Assembly: GCF_000143415.4 (NCBI RefSeq)
Contig: NW_003314266.1
Location: 3,356,398-3,420,397, forward strand
DNA length: 64,000 bases
From: Selaginella moellendorffii
Taxonomy: Eukaryota; Plantae; Lycopodiophyta
Reading direction: 5' to 3'
A program made the position numbers and the translations under genes. This document shows, piece after piece, positions 23,336 through 35,271 of the stretch (position 1 is its first letter; each line of letters opens with the position of its first letter). The notes below the pieces were generated by a model. The model saw nothing but the letters and a program-made list of their open reading frames with translations. It made no database searches and had not been told where the DNA came from.

Positions 23336-25461
23336 CTACCAGAGGCCAAGGAGCTTCCACCAAAATCCTCCAACTCCCAACCAGATCACCAAATTGACGA
23401 TGCTCATCAAGAATCCATAGCCCCACCAGGTGGACAGCGGCACGTATCCAGCACCATAGAAAACCGGAGCCGATCCAATGCCGTAGTGCGTCAGTCCTCC
23501 CATGAGATTGGAGAGGAAGGCGAGAACCAGCGCTCCAAACAGCGGTGGAGTTCCAAGCGCGGTGGCCACCGAGAGAAAAGCCGTGAACATAGCACCGATG
23601 TGAGCAGCACCACTTGCGAAGAAATAGTGCGAGTAGAAGTAGAGCATGACGAGGATCCCGAAAGAGGCTTGCCATGACAAGCCCAGACCACCCACAACCT
23701 GATGAAACAACGAAAGGAACGTTGGATCTTAAGTGGAAAAATCGAAGGTTTGAGCTCTACCTTGACGACTGTCTGGCTAAACCACGCGATGAGTCCATAC
23801 TTGTTGAGATATCCGGCCATGGCGATGAGAGCTGCGAACCATGTCAGTGTGTCCCAAGCAACGGCTTCGCCCAAGCACTCCTTCCATGTCACGACTCCGG
23901 TGGTGAGTAGAACCGAGAGGCCGAGGATGGCAGCGGTGACCGCGTCGACTTTGATAGCCGAGCCGAAGATCCACAGCCCGACCTGGAAACCAAGGAAAAC
24001 AGATGGTTAGAAATGGAAGAGATCGATCGAGGAAGAAAAAAATGCAAGGAACTCTGATCGAAGATAGAGCTAGAAAAAGAGAAAAGTTGGCGACCAGAGA
24101 AGCGATCGAATCGATCGAGGAAGATCAAAGGAGGAGGAGAAAGATACGAAGGGAAAAAAGAATGAGAGAGAAACGAGCAATGGTTAGAAATGGAAGAGAT
24201 CGATCGGAGTAACTCTAGATAGAGCTGCAAATTGAAAAAGAGAAAAGTTGGCGACCAGAGAAGCAGAAGGAGATCGGAGGAGAAAGAACCGATGATGAAA
24301 TGGAAGAAAGATCGAGAGAGAAGAAAGACTTCTCCTTACCGTGACGATCAAAGTTCCAGTCATGATCCACTCGTTCTTGCTCATCGGTCCCATCTTGTCA
24401 AGCTTCTCCCTGGCCAGCCTCGGCGCATCCGGGCTACTCTTGACAGTCGGCGGATAGATCACGTAGAGCAGCAGCGGCACAACCAGGAGCGAGACCAGCC
24501 CGGGAACCACCGCCGCCACCGCCCAGTCCGTCCACCCAATCGCCAACCCCGTGCTGCCAGTCGCCAAGTTCACGCTCAGAGGATTCGCCGCCATAGCCGT
24601 GAGGAACATCGCCGAGGAGACGACGCTGGTCTGGAAGCACGTAAGCATGAGCCACGCCCCAAGCCGGCGCTCGGTGCCATCGCCAACTTTGCTGTTGCAA
24701 GCCAGGCACAGCGCCTTCACGAGCGGCAGGAAGATCCCTCCAGCCCTGGCGGACACGGATGGAATCGCCGGCGCGAGGAGAGCTTCGCTGAAAACCAGAC
24801 TGTATCCCAGCCCGAGAGAGGTCTTGCCGAAGAGCGCCACGAACTGGTACGCGACGCGGTTGCCCAGCCCGGTCTTGATGAATCCCTTGGCGAAGAAGAA
24901 GGCGAGCGCGATGAGCCAGGGGATGGGATCGCCAAACGCGCTAAAGGCTGCCGCGAAGGAGAGAGTTCTCGTGAGCACCGCGGCGCCCAGGCCCATGAGC
25001 GCCACCGCGCCGAGCGGGAGAGGCTGCGTGATGATCCCGACGATGGTGGCCAGGAAGATGCTGAGGAGATGCCATGCGCTGCTCGTCACGCCCTGCGGGG
25101 GTGGGATGAGCCACACCAGCAGCCCAGTCGCCACCGAGAAGGCCAAGCTCTTGAGATCGGCGCCCTCCCACTTGGGCTCGGCCGGGAGTGGCGGCGGCGG
25201 CGCCGCGGCGGCGGAGGAGGTGGAGGCCCGGATTTGCCCGCCCCGGCGCTGGCGAGGAAGTGGGCGATGGAGATCGGCCACCAGCGCGGAGCCCAACTGG
25301 GAGATTCGCGACGAGATCGCGGCTGCTGCTAGTGGAGATGGAGAGAATCGAGTTACCAGGAGCGATGGCGGTGGGAGGATCTTGGGCTTGGGCTTGGCCG
25401 AGGAGGGTCGTGGAGCTCCTCCCACGGCGGAGGAGTGTAGCAGCGCCGCCGCTGCCGCCAT
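23336..25461 (-). CDS. DIT1: Plastid 2-oxoglutarate/malate translocator (DASS family), 3 exons
   Basis: Ala/Ser/Pro-rich transit peptide, AWHLLSIFLATIVGIITQPLPLG, PSVSARAGGIFLP, AWDTLTWFAALIAMA, THYGIGSAPVFYG and the end GFWWKLLGLW. Confidence 0.95.
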
Positions 25462-25839
25462 CGCCACTCTCGTTTCCTCGCCTCCACACACACACAGTGC
25501 CACACTGGGTAACCTGGATTAAAGCTACTCCCATCTCATTACCACAAATTAAAAAGATTCTTCCTGGATTACTTTGGATCGTCCATTCTTCCAACTGGGC
25601 AAGAAAATTTAACGAAAAAACCAGTTGAAATAAACACCAGGTGGAACCGATAACAATTTTCACTTTTTACGTAAAGTTGAAGGTAAGAAACTCTCAAGCG
25701 GAAGAGCTGATCTATTACAATTTTTACAAGGGTTTACCTCTAAGCTCTTTCATCGCCACCTTTTCTCCTATTGGAAATCCACGCTCAGTTGGTAAAAACG
25801 AAAGAAAACTTTACTTGCCACGAACTTTGCTTTGCTCTG

Positions 25840-27049
25840 CTATGATCTCTGGGCCGCCAGCGACGAAGCCTTGATTCTTCCGCGCAGTAAGCTTTGAGCC
25901 TCCGCGGCCTGGATCTTCCGCCGCTTGGCCAGGAGCTGGAGCTTCTGATCGCTGCCTGCCGGTGGCAATCCATAGGCGCCGCTCTGCGAGAAGATCGAGG
26001 TGGCGCGGATCGCCGCTCTCTTGTCTCTCCTGTTCTTGTCGAATTTCTGCGCGAAACGAACGCTCCCCGCTGCTTGTGCGTCGTCCTCGGACGCTGGGAG
26101 CAGCCTGATTCCAATGCCCAGCTTCTTCGAGTGCGCCTCTTCCAAGGCCACCCTCTTTTTTTGATCCTGGATTGCCACCATCGACGTTAGCACGAGTGGA
26201 AGACGAAGAAACGAATGAGAGTCGAGTCGTGTACCCTTAGCTGCGCTCGAAGAGCTCTGTTGACGGAGTAGTCGTTTCCGTGCTTGATATCCGACTGCTT
26301 CTGCAAGAGCATCAGTTGCTTCGCCGATTCCTTTCCCTTGAGAATGTCCTCTTCGTCGTGCTCCAGTTTGGCAAAAGGATCCGTCAACTTCTCCCTGTCT
26401 GCCAAAGGAAGAAAAATAGAGCTGTGAGCAAAAAACCATGTTTTTTGCAAAGGATCTTACCTTCTCCGGTTGCTACAACGAGCGAGCCAGCATCAGCCGC
26501 ATCGTAAGTCTCCGTTTTTCTCTCGGCTCCCTTGACGATCACGTACTCGCAGTTTTTGGGATCGGTGTGGATCTCTATCTCGTGCTTGCAACATGCTGCT
26601 TTCATCGAGAAACTCCATATCTAGACCACGAAAGAAATTCTTAAGGACTTCCTGGCAAACTTTCTTTTCCATACCTTGGTCGTGTAGTACTTTCCAATTT
26701 GCTTCTTCTCCGCGTTAAACCGGACACCTTTGGCGATCATCGAGTGACATCCACCACACCACACGTTGAAAGGCATCTCGAATCGGATGACCAGAATTCC
26801 CTGGTCGATCTTCCTCGCCCTCTCTCTGAGGGGATGCTGGCCTTGGAATTTGTTGAGAGATCCCTGCTCCAAGAGATTAGAAAATCCGAAATCCAACAAG
26901 CTCATCCAGTACCTGTTTGGGCGTCCATTCTGGAGGGAAGTAGAAATTATCAGCTCGGGCTGCCGCAAGCGTCGACTGGAACAAGAAAACCGCAAACGCA
27001 TCGATCATGAGCTGTGAAATCCGGCGCCTAGGCTAGCAGCGCGTACCAT
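25840..27049 (-). CDS. CCDC130/YJU2B (CWC16 family) splicing factor; first coding exon is only ATG
   Basis: The spliced start reads [18 protein letters not shown], followed by [31 protein letters not shown] and [14 protein letters not shown]. Confidence 0.92.
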
Positions 27050-27282
27050 TCTGTGACGATCCCTCGCCGCCGCGCGCTGGAATCGATGATCCGGAGAGCG
27101 ATCAAGGGCGCCCTCCCAAAACGCTCCACAAACCCTAAATTTCTAGCGTACCCCTTTTAAAATGCTTAACGGGGTTTTATTCAAGTAAAAAATTATAAGC
27201 TCTTTAAGGCCGTGTTCCACCGGAGAAGAAGCTCTTGCTAGCGCTAGAGAACGAACAAAAAATATAAGAACGAGAGCTCGGA

Positions 27283-29675
27283 TCAAATGATCGCTGGAAA
27301 TCCAGTTTGTTGCATCTCACGCAGTCGCCATCGCGGAGTGAATTCGTCCGGATCCATTTCGTCTAGAGAAACTTGCTGCATCGCCCAAGCGTAGAGGATC
27401 GTCCGGATATCGTCCTGCGCGATCCATCGGGATCTCGTTAGATGCTTTCCGGCAAACAGAAGAAGAAACTATACTTGCCTTTGATCCTTCTCGTATGTGA
27501 CCGAACTCATCGCGCACACAGTAGTTTTGCTGCGTTTGGAACTAAACACGGCGAGAAGCGTTTTAGCACGGATTAGAAAAACAAAGCGGAACTCACAGAG
27601 ATAATGATAACTGGCTCGTTTCCGATTAGTTTCGATTCCCTGACTTCCAGCTCCGATATGTAAAGAATCTGTGAGAAAGAGCAGCTTAGAAAGCGTCCTG
27701 GAAAGCTGAAAGCTTGCAGTTTCTACCTTGGTATCGACATATAGTCCTTGGCTTTGAAGTGCTCTGTGTTCTGCGCGACATCGCTCTACGACCTCCTTGC
27801 AAACTTTCTTTCTCAGCGTATCATAATCTCCCTGGCCCCCATACGATGAGTAAGAAATCGTGAAAAGCCTCAATTAAGAATGTTTCACCTTGAGATACGC
27901 AGTCAGTATCGGTCTGATATCTTCTTGGACTTCCAGGACAAAGTCAGGAAAAGAAAAGGTCCTGAAAAACTCGAGCGTCAAGACAAGATAAAGTGATTGA
28001 CGTGAGAGTCCTTACGGGTCCCTGCTGCGAATCTCTTTGAAAGCCGCTGCAGTTGCCGTCTCGCCAAAAAACGATTCGTTTAGGCTGTAGAGAAAAAATC
28101 AACAGTGAAATCAAGCGTGGAGAGACTGCAATACGTACTCTTGAATCTTATGCACGACAGGACTATCGCTCGTTTCCCACCTATCCCTCATTTCGTCCGC
28201 TATCTGTACATCTCATGTTTAAGACAGGGGATACAAATGACGAAACCAGAAAGCACCTCGTTGGTTTTTTGAACTACTGGATGATCTTTGACATTTTTAA
28301 AGCGCCTGTACAATGGATGAGAAGTGGCCTGCAACACAGTTTCACTTAGCTAAAAAGAGAAAAAAAAAAAAAACGAAAGAGCAATCTTACCTTCTCTTTC
28401 AAGTCGTCCAAATGTTTCCGCCAGCCAGTGGTCTTCTTTGCAACAGGAACGATATCCGTTGCGCTGCTTCTGGAGAATCCTGGCTTGCTTTTCTTCACTT
28501 TCCGAGTCGACGTAAGCTCCTCCACAATCAAGTTGTAGCCGTCCTTCGCCACTGACGCTACACTTCCTATTCGCATAGAGTCCAGAACCGACTTAACTTT
28601 CCCAGCGAAAGCTCCCCCACCGGGAGCCGACTGCTGAGCCTTTTGCTGTGAAGAATCAGTGCCTCCGTGTTCCTTGTCCTCCTTGGGAACCTCTTGCGCG
28701 TCGGGAGATTCTCGAGGCTTCGAAGCCTCTTCTGCATTGGGAACCTTCGAAGCCTCTTGTGCATTGGGAGCCTTCGAAGCCTCTTGTGCATTGGGAGCCT
28801 TCGAAGAATCTTGCGCATTGGGAGCTTCTTCCGCCTTGGCAGCATCTTCAGCGATCCCAGCCTTGAAAGCTTCTTCTGTTTTCTCGTCTCGTGCACCTTC
28901 TTGTGATTTGTCAGCTCTAGGAATCACACTGCCCCTGACCTGCCAGTCATATCAGCACACAAACTTTGATTGGAACAAGAAGGCAAAGAAAGAAAAAGCA
29001 AGCTTACTTGTTCTGATGCCTCGGATATCTTTTCCTTGATCACGCTCGACACTTGCTTTGCTCTCGTCTCCGCCTCTTCCCGAGCAGCATCAACGTGCTT
29101 GTACAAATGCTCGGCGGTCTCCTTAGTTCTGCATTTCCTCTGCCAATATCAGAGAGCCTTTGCACCAAGGGTGGAGATCTGCGTCCCTCAAACATCAAAA
29201 ATATGTCTGAGCCTATACCAAGGACCATCCTCCACAAAAAACTCCACTCCCAAGAAAAAAAAAGACTAGAGAAGATCTTCTCTAGTTTCTTACACCCCCT
29301 TCCATCACTCAAAGCTGTGAGAAAGAATTACCTGCTCTTGAAATCGTCTGCCTTCTCCTTGAACTCCTTGATCGATTTTTGCAACTCGGGATTGCTGCGA
29401 AAAACTCGTCAGAGAAACAAACCACGCAAGGAAATGCGAAAATTCGCAAACCTGTCAATCTCGCCCTTGAGCTTCTTCGAGATTTCCTGGAAAATGCTCT
29501 GGTTGCGCGGGGAGTAGTGGAAAGGGCGTCGCGGGTAAAGAACCTAGAAGCACAGAAGGAACGATCGAATCGATCCATTGGCGCGCTCGCTAGAAATCTA
29601 TGTGGCGCGTGAGAAAAGAGAAGAACTTACGCGATGGGAGCGCAACGCCTGGCGCAAGAAGAAGCTCATGCTCAT
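27283..29675 (-). CDS. TIM44: Mitochondrial inner membrane translocase subunit TIM44, multi-exon
   Basis: Presequence MSFFLRQALRSH, then RNPELQKSIKEFKEK, IRSRDPTFSFPDFV, CKEVVERCRAEH and YAWAMQQ...PRWRLREMQQ. TGA at 27283. Confidence 0.92.
28685..28828 (-). repeat. 27-bp coding tandem repeat in TIM44 (APNAQEASK x4 plus one degenerate unit)
   Basis: ttcgaagcctcttgtgcattgggagcc repeats in tandem. Confidence 0.85.
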
Positions 29676-30157
29676 CTCCTCGTCCCACAGCCGCGATTAA
29701 AACCCGCGTCTCCACGCAAGGTTTAGGGCTAGGGCTGACACAAAAATCTCAGCCCTAACCCTAACTTTACCCATTCCCTAATTAGGAATTAGCCAAAAGG
29801 CTACCATAGTATAAACCTAGCATTCGAGAATCCTTTTGCTACAATGACGACAATGACGAGAACACGAAGAACTGCGATTTCTCGGGAAAAATCACTGTCA
29901 CCAGAGGCAATAGCGATCACGTTTTTCATTGTTCTTTCCATCATCCGGCTGGGGATTCTTCCGGCAGCTTTGGCAACTTCATGCTCTTTGTTTCTAAAGA
30001 TGATCACTGCAAGTGAGGCAACCCCTCTTGTGGCCAAAAGATCCAGAAAAGGAAATCTAAGGTTTCCAAGAGCCTCAGTCTCACACTGAGCAAATCTTCT
30101 AGAGGTTCATATGTTGTAACTCCAGACTTGTATTTATCAAGTTTCTGGAAAGAAATT

Positions 30158-30766
30158 TCAACTTCTTGAACACGAAAACTTGACATCGCTGCCATACTTG
30201 GCGATCAAATCCTTGAAAGAACCCACCTGACCATCGTCGTAAGCGCCAACTTCATCGGGTCTCCACATCACCATCAAGCTCGCGACGTTCCTCTCGCTCT
30301 CATCGAAGAACCTCACCATGTAAGTCGTGATGTTTCCCTGCATGGATTTCCCCTGTATCAGCTTGGCCGACGAGACCTTGTCCACGAGCAAATGGAAGTC
30401 CACGTTGTCTTCCTTGATCATCAAGTTCGCGTACTCGCCCTTTCCCGGGAAATCCTTGTAGAAGAGCTTGTCCAGGCTCGGCACCACGGATTCCAGCACC
30501 CCCACGCCGGTGTTGACGATGATCCTCATCCTTCCCACGGCCTTGAGATCTTCCAGCAAATCCTTCACGGAATGCGCGCTAGCGCTCGTCGAAGAGGGCT
30601 CCAAATCCACATTGGTGGGCGATGAGATGGAGCAGCGAGGGATGGATCTAGCGGAGACTCTCGCGATTCTAGCCGAGAATGGCGCTGCCACTGACCTTGG
30701 AATGGGGTGGATCGCTGGAACCAAGGATGTGGCCGCCATCGTCATAGCCACACCCAAGTTTGCCAT
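30158..30766 (-). CDS. HutX/ChuX-family heme-binding/carrier protein, cyanobacterial type, with putative plastid transit peptide; intronless
   Basis: Ser/Ala/Arg-rich N-terminus, then LLEDLKAVGRMRIIVNTGVGVLE...KLFYKDFPGKGEYANL...DFHLLVDKV...GNITTYMVRFFD...MWRPDEVGAYDDGQVGSFKDLIAKYG. This resembles cyanobacterial ChuX/HutX proteins as I recall them; not searched. Confidence 0.75.
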   Translation of the reverse strand: MANLGVAMTMAATSLVPAIHPIPRSVAAPFSARIARVSARSIPRCSISSPTNVDLEPSSTSASAHSVKDLLEDLKAVGRMRIIVNTGVGVLESVVPSLDKLFYKDFPGKGEYANLMIKEDNVDFHLLVDKVSSAKLIQGKSMQGNITTYMVRFFDESERNVASLMVMWRPDEVGAYDDGQVGSFKDLIAKYGSDVKFSCSRS

Positions 30767-31042
30767 GTTTAACTCCGTACACGTGATCACGCCCGTACAG
30801 AAGTTTTATTCTCATTCCATAGAACACAAAAAAGAGAAGCTCGACGATTTTATACAGTCTCGTTTATAAACAAACGAAACCAGACCTCTAGGAAATATAT
30901 ACTCTCTCTTTTCGTTTACATCACACCATTCAATCCACCACTCACCTCGGCAGCAGCGTTTTCAATCAAACCTTGCAAATGGTAGACTCCAAACAATCTC
31001 CTCTTTGTCTTTTTTTTTTCCGTGATCTTCGATTCATCCGCT

Positions 31043-31745
31043 TCACTTCGCTGCTGCCTTTCCGGGTGTCTTGGACAGATTGCTAAAGTCCCCTTTCTCC
31101 TTGACGAGCTGAGCGTAGTGATGTCTGCAGTAAAGCCGGCCTTCGTGAGCTTGGTAGTTCGAGGGAGATATCGTGCAGCCGCCGTGACTGCATTTGAAAC
31201 AGGACTTGTGATACGATGTGTTCTCAACAGTGACCTGTAAGATCAAAGAAATCGTCACTCGCTAGATACCAAACATCCTATTAGACAAACCTTCTCGATC
31301 GGGTACACAGTTTTCCCGCAAGCAAAACATTTTTCTTGAGTCCCAGAGAACAAGAGCGATGTCTTGGAAGGTGTCTTGCTCTGTTGCGAAAACAAAACAA
31401 GAAAAACCAGCCGAAAGTTGATTGCCACAAAGTCAAAAGTCTTTTTCTTTTTTTTGAATTACCGCTTCTTCGCCAACGGGCTTGTGTAGAAGTCCTGTCA
31501 ATCCACAGTGGAGTCGTGACGCGATCAATTTGAAAAAATACATTCTTTTAGAAGATAAAGTTCCTACCTGACTCGAAACTCTTATCGAAACTTCCCGTGA
31601 GCTTGAAGAGCTGATCGAAATGGGGCTTGCAATACAAGACGCCCTCCAGCGAAGCATAATTGCTAAGCTGCAATCCAAGAAAACAAAGATTTCTATCATG
31701 CTCAAATTGGAAGAGAGAGAAACATGATCTTGAATCAAATCCTCA

Positions 31746-31786
<41 letters not shown>

Positions 31787-31953
31787 CTCAATCTCAATCT
31801 CCCAATTACCTTCAATGTCCCCTTGCAGTGATGGCATCGAAAGCACGCTTTGTGATAGACGACGCCATCGGCAGTGAGCTGATCCACCAAGTAGACTGTC
31901 TTGTCGCATGCCTTGCATTTTTGCTGCGTCCCGGCGAAAGAAAAGGAAGACAT
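31043..31953 (-). CDS. Two-LIM-domain actin-bundling protein (WLIM-type)
   Basis: FAGTQQKCKACDKTVY, YHKACFRCHHC, LYCKPHFDQLFK, SYHKSCFKCSHGGC and LYCRHHYAQL. Confidence 0.95.
31750..31801. repeat. (CT)n microsatellite plus (CAATCT)n in LIM intron 1
   Basis: Directly visible in the sequence. Confidence 0.9.
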
Positions 31954-34900
31954 CCTAGAACAGCTGCTGCTGCCGCCCGGCTGCTCGATCGATCGATCCG
32001 GCCCCGCTGCCCAGAGAACCCTAGAATACCCAAAAACGACCTAGCATTTCGGCCACAGCGTATACTAAAACGGGGACCACTAGCAGTGTGACACGTCGGC
32101 AAGCGCATCCTGTCTGGCAGCACCGAACATTTGAATGACAGCCAGTGCGAGCGCGCCAGCTGTATAAGAGAGAAAGTTGTCGCTGACGTGGCCGGCTTCT
32201 AGAACTCGTGGTAAAGCTTTCCTTTCTCTAAGAAAATCCAGTCAATATTGTACGGAAGTTTTCATTCTCTTTGTAAACCAGAGAACTTCCCACATCGTCT
32301 GGAGATTTTTCTCTTCTCTTGGACAGTCAAGAAGATCGTGGGTTCATTGATCGATCAATCTTGCAACAAATTTTACACATTGACTTCCACCAGGCCCAGT
32401 TGGATTGTGCAGAGATTTCACCTCCGTACGCCCGGATCTCTAGAGATTCCGGGATCCACTCCAAACAGATTAGTCTAAAGCCCCATCTCACATTACACGA
32501 GAGATTCCATTGCTCGCAAGATTAACCAAGTCTTTGCTCAAACACACACAGCCCACGAGAGATTCCTCCTAGTACAGTGAGAAAAACCTGTAGTTTTAGC
32601 AAACCTTTAGACACCTTTAATCATCGCCCAGGAGATTTGTGTTTTCGAATTGCCTGGAAAGGTTTTCGCAAGGATCATGAAAGTGAGTGCAAATTAAAAT
32701 GCATCATCACGACCATCATACCATGCCATTTTCATTCCAATCGATTTCTAATTATCGTCTTGATCTTTATCATTGGGACCAAAAGGCAAGAAAAAAGCTT
32801 TAAAGATTATATTTTTTGTCAATTTTTCTGGTTTCATGCGACGATCACGCAAGAAAAGAAAAAAGAAAAAAATCTAACAATGATGCATAGCACCACTCAC
32901 GTCGTTCGGCGGTGGGGCGAATATACCCCAACACTCACTTTGAATATTCGTCCCTCCTTTTTCCCCTTGAAAAGCTACAGAAAAGAAGGCATATGCAATA
33001 ATGCGTGTTGGAGGGAATCAAACGGCAATCATGGGCCCCCTGCAAATCTTTTCATTTTTCTAAAGCAGAGAATATTCGGGGAGGGGATCTTCGAAAGGTG
33101 GACGCCAAATGCCCTGGACTGGCATTTTGGTTTTGTCTTTGTTTTCGTTTTGGCACAAGGGAACAAGGGCCGCAGAGGAAACTCTAGCTTTTTCTCCGGT
33201 ATCAGTATACAAAAGGGCGACACATATTGCTGGTACCAGCTTGTATAGATATGCGTAGAGCAGTGAGATCATTGAGCAATGTGCCCCCTTTTGTTTGGTT
33301 TTGCTTGTTTGTAAGTTGTGCTTGTTTTTGTGTTTTTTATTTCTATCTATTTTTATTTATTTATCTTCGTCCCGCTGTGAAAGTTACGGATGCCTGACGA
33401 CGAGAGAAAGAAACAAAGTTTGCATTCATATGTATTTTCTAGGTGTATCTTTGTGTTTGACTAGCCAATACGCGTATGGGGTTTCGTAATCTAACCAGGT
33501 GGAATGCTGGATGTCACTCATGCTGCTGGGACAATGGGATTAGAATATTCGTGGGTCTATTTGCGCATTGATTCGCTTGCATCTGAGCAAGCTGGCTGCT
33601 TGAGACAACAGTTTTCAAAATGCCCCCTCAAGGCATTCAGAAACTTTGTAAAATTCACCATAAAAATCTATCTAGAACATTCCAATCAGCCAAAGTATTT
33701 ACAATACATTTATCTTATCTAATTCGACTTTACCAGTGGTGCTTTTCAAAATACCATTTAGTATACGTGCATGGAAATGAATCAATTATATGTTTGCTTG
33801 TTTGAAATGCTTGAACAGGTCAACATGAAAACACAACTATTCATGTCTCCCAAAATATTTTCCTCCTTGCATTTGTTTATTTTGTTTGAAGAAGGGATTG
33901 TGCTCCATTTAATGCCTTTGCCCAATTGTGCCAGCTCCAGCCAAAATGCTTGTTTAGCATTAGCAGTAGCCAGTGGCTGGCACAGAACCAAGGCCTTATC
34001 TTTCAAATCTTTGGAAACTACTGCCTCCAGGGAATCATCCTGTATGAGTGGAGTGGTGCCATTCTCTCTGGTTTGTTTTTAAGCTTCTTTTTTATGATAT
34101 AGCAGAGAGTTTTCTTCAAGAGAGGAAGGACTGTTCTTCTTCTTCTTCTTCTTCTTCTTCTTCTTCCAAGTTTTTCCTCTTGTTTCTTAGCCATTTGGTT
34201 TGATCTTCCTGTGCGCGCTAGCTTGGCTTTGTTGATATTGCTCTTGCCACTCTTTCTTTCTCTTTCTTGCCTTCCAAGGCTTCCAGAATCCTACCCCAGA
34301 GAGTCTGCTTGTTTCTTGCTCCTGTCCCAGATTAGAAGTTTCCAAGCCCAAAAGCCAAGCAATTTTCTCAGCTCAATTCTTGGAGGAGATCTCCTAGCGC
34401 TTGGATTTTTACTATGTTGCAGCTAGATCATCTGCTTTGTCTGTCACCGCCTCGTGAGATTTGAGAGAATGACTGGATGTTTGCTGCAATGGGAGGCCGT
34501 GACTGCAAGGGAAACAACAGGATAGCGAGACCAATCCTCCTTTTCTTCAGTGAGAACCAGGATGTGGGGAGTGTAGCCTAGCTCGAGAGATTGATTTGAT
34601 ACTAAGGCTAAGCACACAAGGTTGTGATCACAGCTTTGTCTCGGACCAGGCTTCATTCCCCTCAGCGTGGTGCTCACTCTCGATCAAGCTCGAGTTTTCT
34701 TTAGCCGTGGGGTGAAATCTTTGTGCTTGCAGTCGATCTTGCAGGAACCGAATCACTCGAAGAGCTCGTCAGATCTAATCGAATCGAGCAGGCTCGTGTT
34801 TTTCGTGGATCTTTCTCTCTCGTTGGCGGAAGAAAGAGCGCATTCGAAGGTACCAGCTTGTGGAAGAAACGCTTAACACTCCATCTCCATTCCTTTGTTG

Positions 34901-35271
34901 CTTGCTCTGTTGCTGTGTTGTTGTTGATGGTGGCGCTGGTGGGTGGACCGCAACAAAAGCCTCGCATTGATGGCCAATTCAATAGAACTGGCCGAGCAGC
35001 GTACATCCATCCAGAGGTTTTCGATTAGAGGTACGAAAGTGAGAGATTCTTGTTTTTCTACACAGCATGATGATGATGATGCGATGATGATCCATGCTGT
35101 GCTTGATCTTTTCTTCATGATATAATCACGGTAAATCCTCTCCAACAGTCTAAGAGTCACCAATACGAACGCCATAGTTTCTTCTTTAACTTTCTCGGCC
35201 GTAAGTTCATCTTTCTGGATCCACCATCGTGATCTTCGAGCTTTAGCCAGCAATCCCATCGCTGAAACTTC

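Noticed and set aside
32288-32297. Exact plant snRNA-promoter USE motif TCCCACATCG
   Set aside because: No TATA box at the expected spacing, and no recognisable snRNA or telomerase template downstream. A single 10-mer can occur by chance in 64 kb.
33780-35260. Short ORFs and a (TTC)n/poly-Lys tract suggesting a minus-strand gene
   Set aside because: Interrupted by stops, with no family motif and no consistent splice model.
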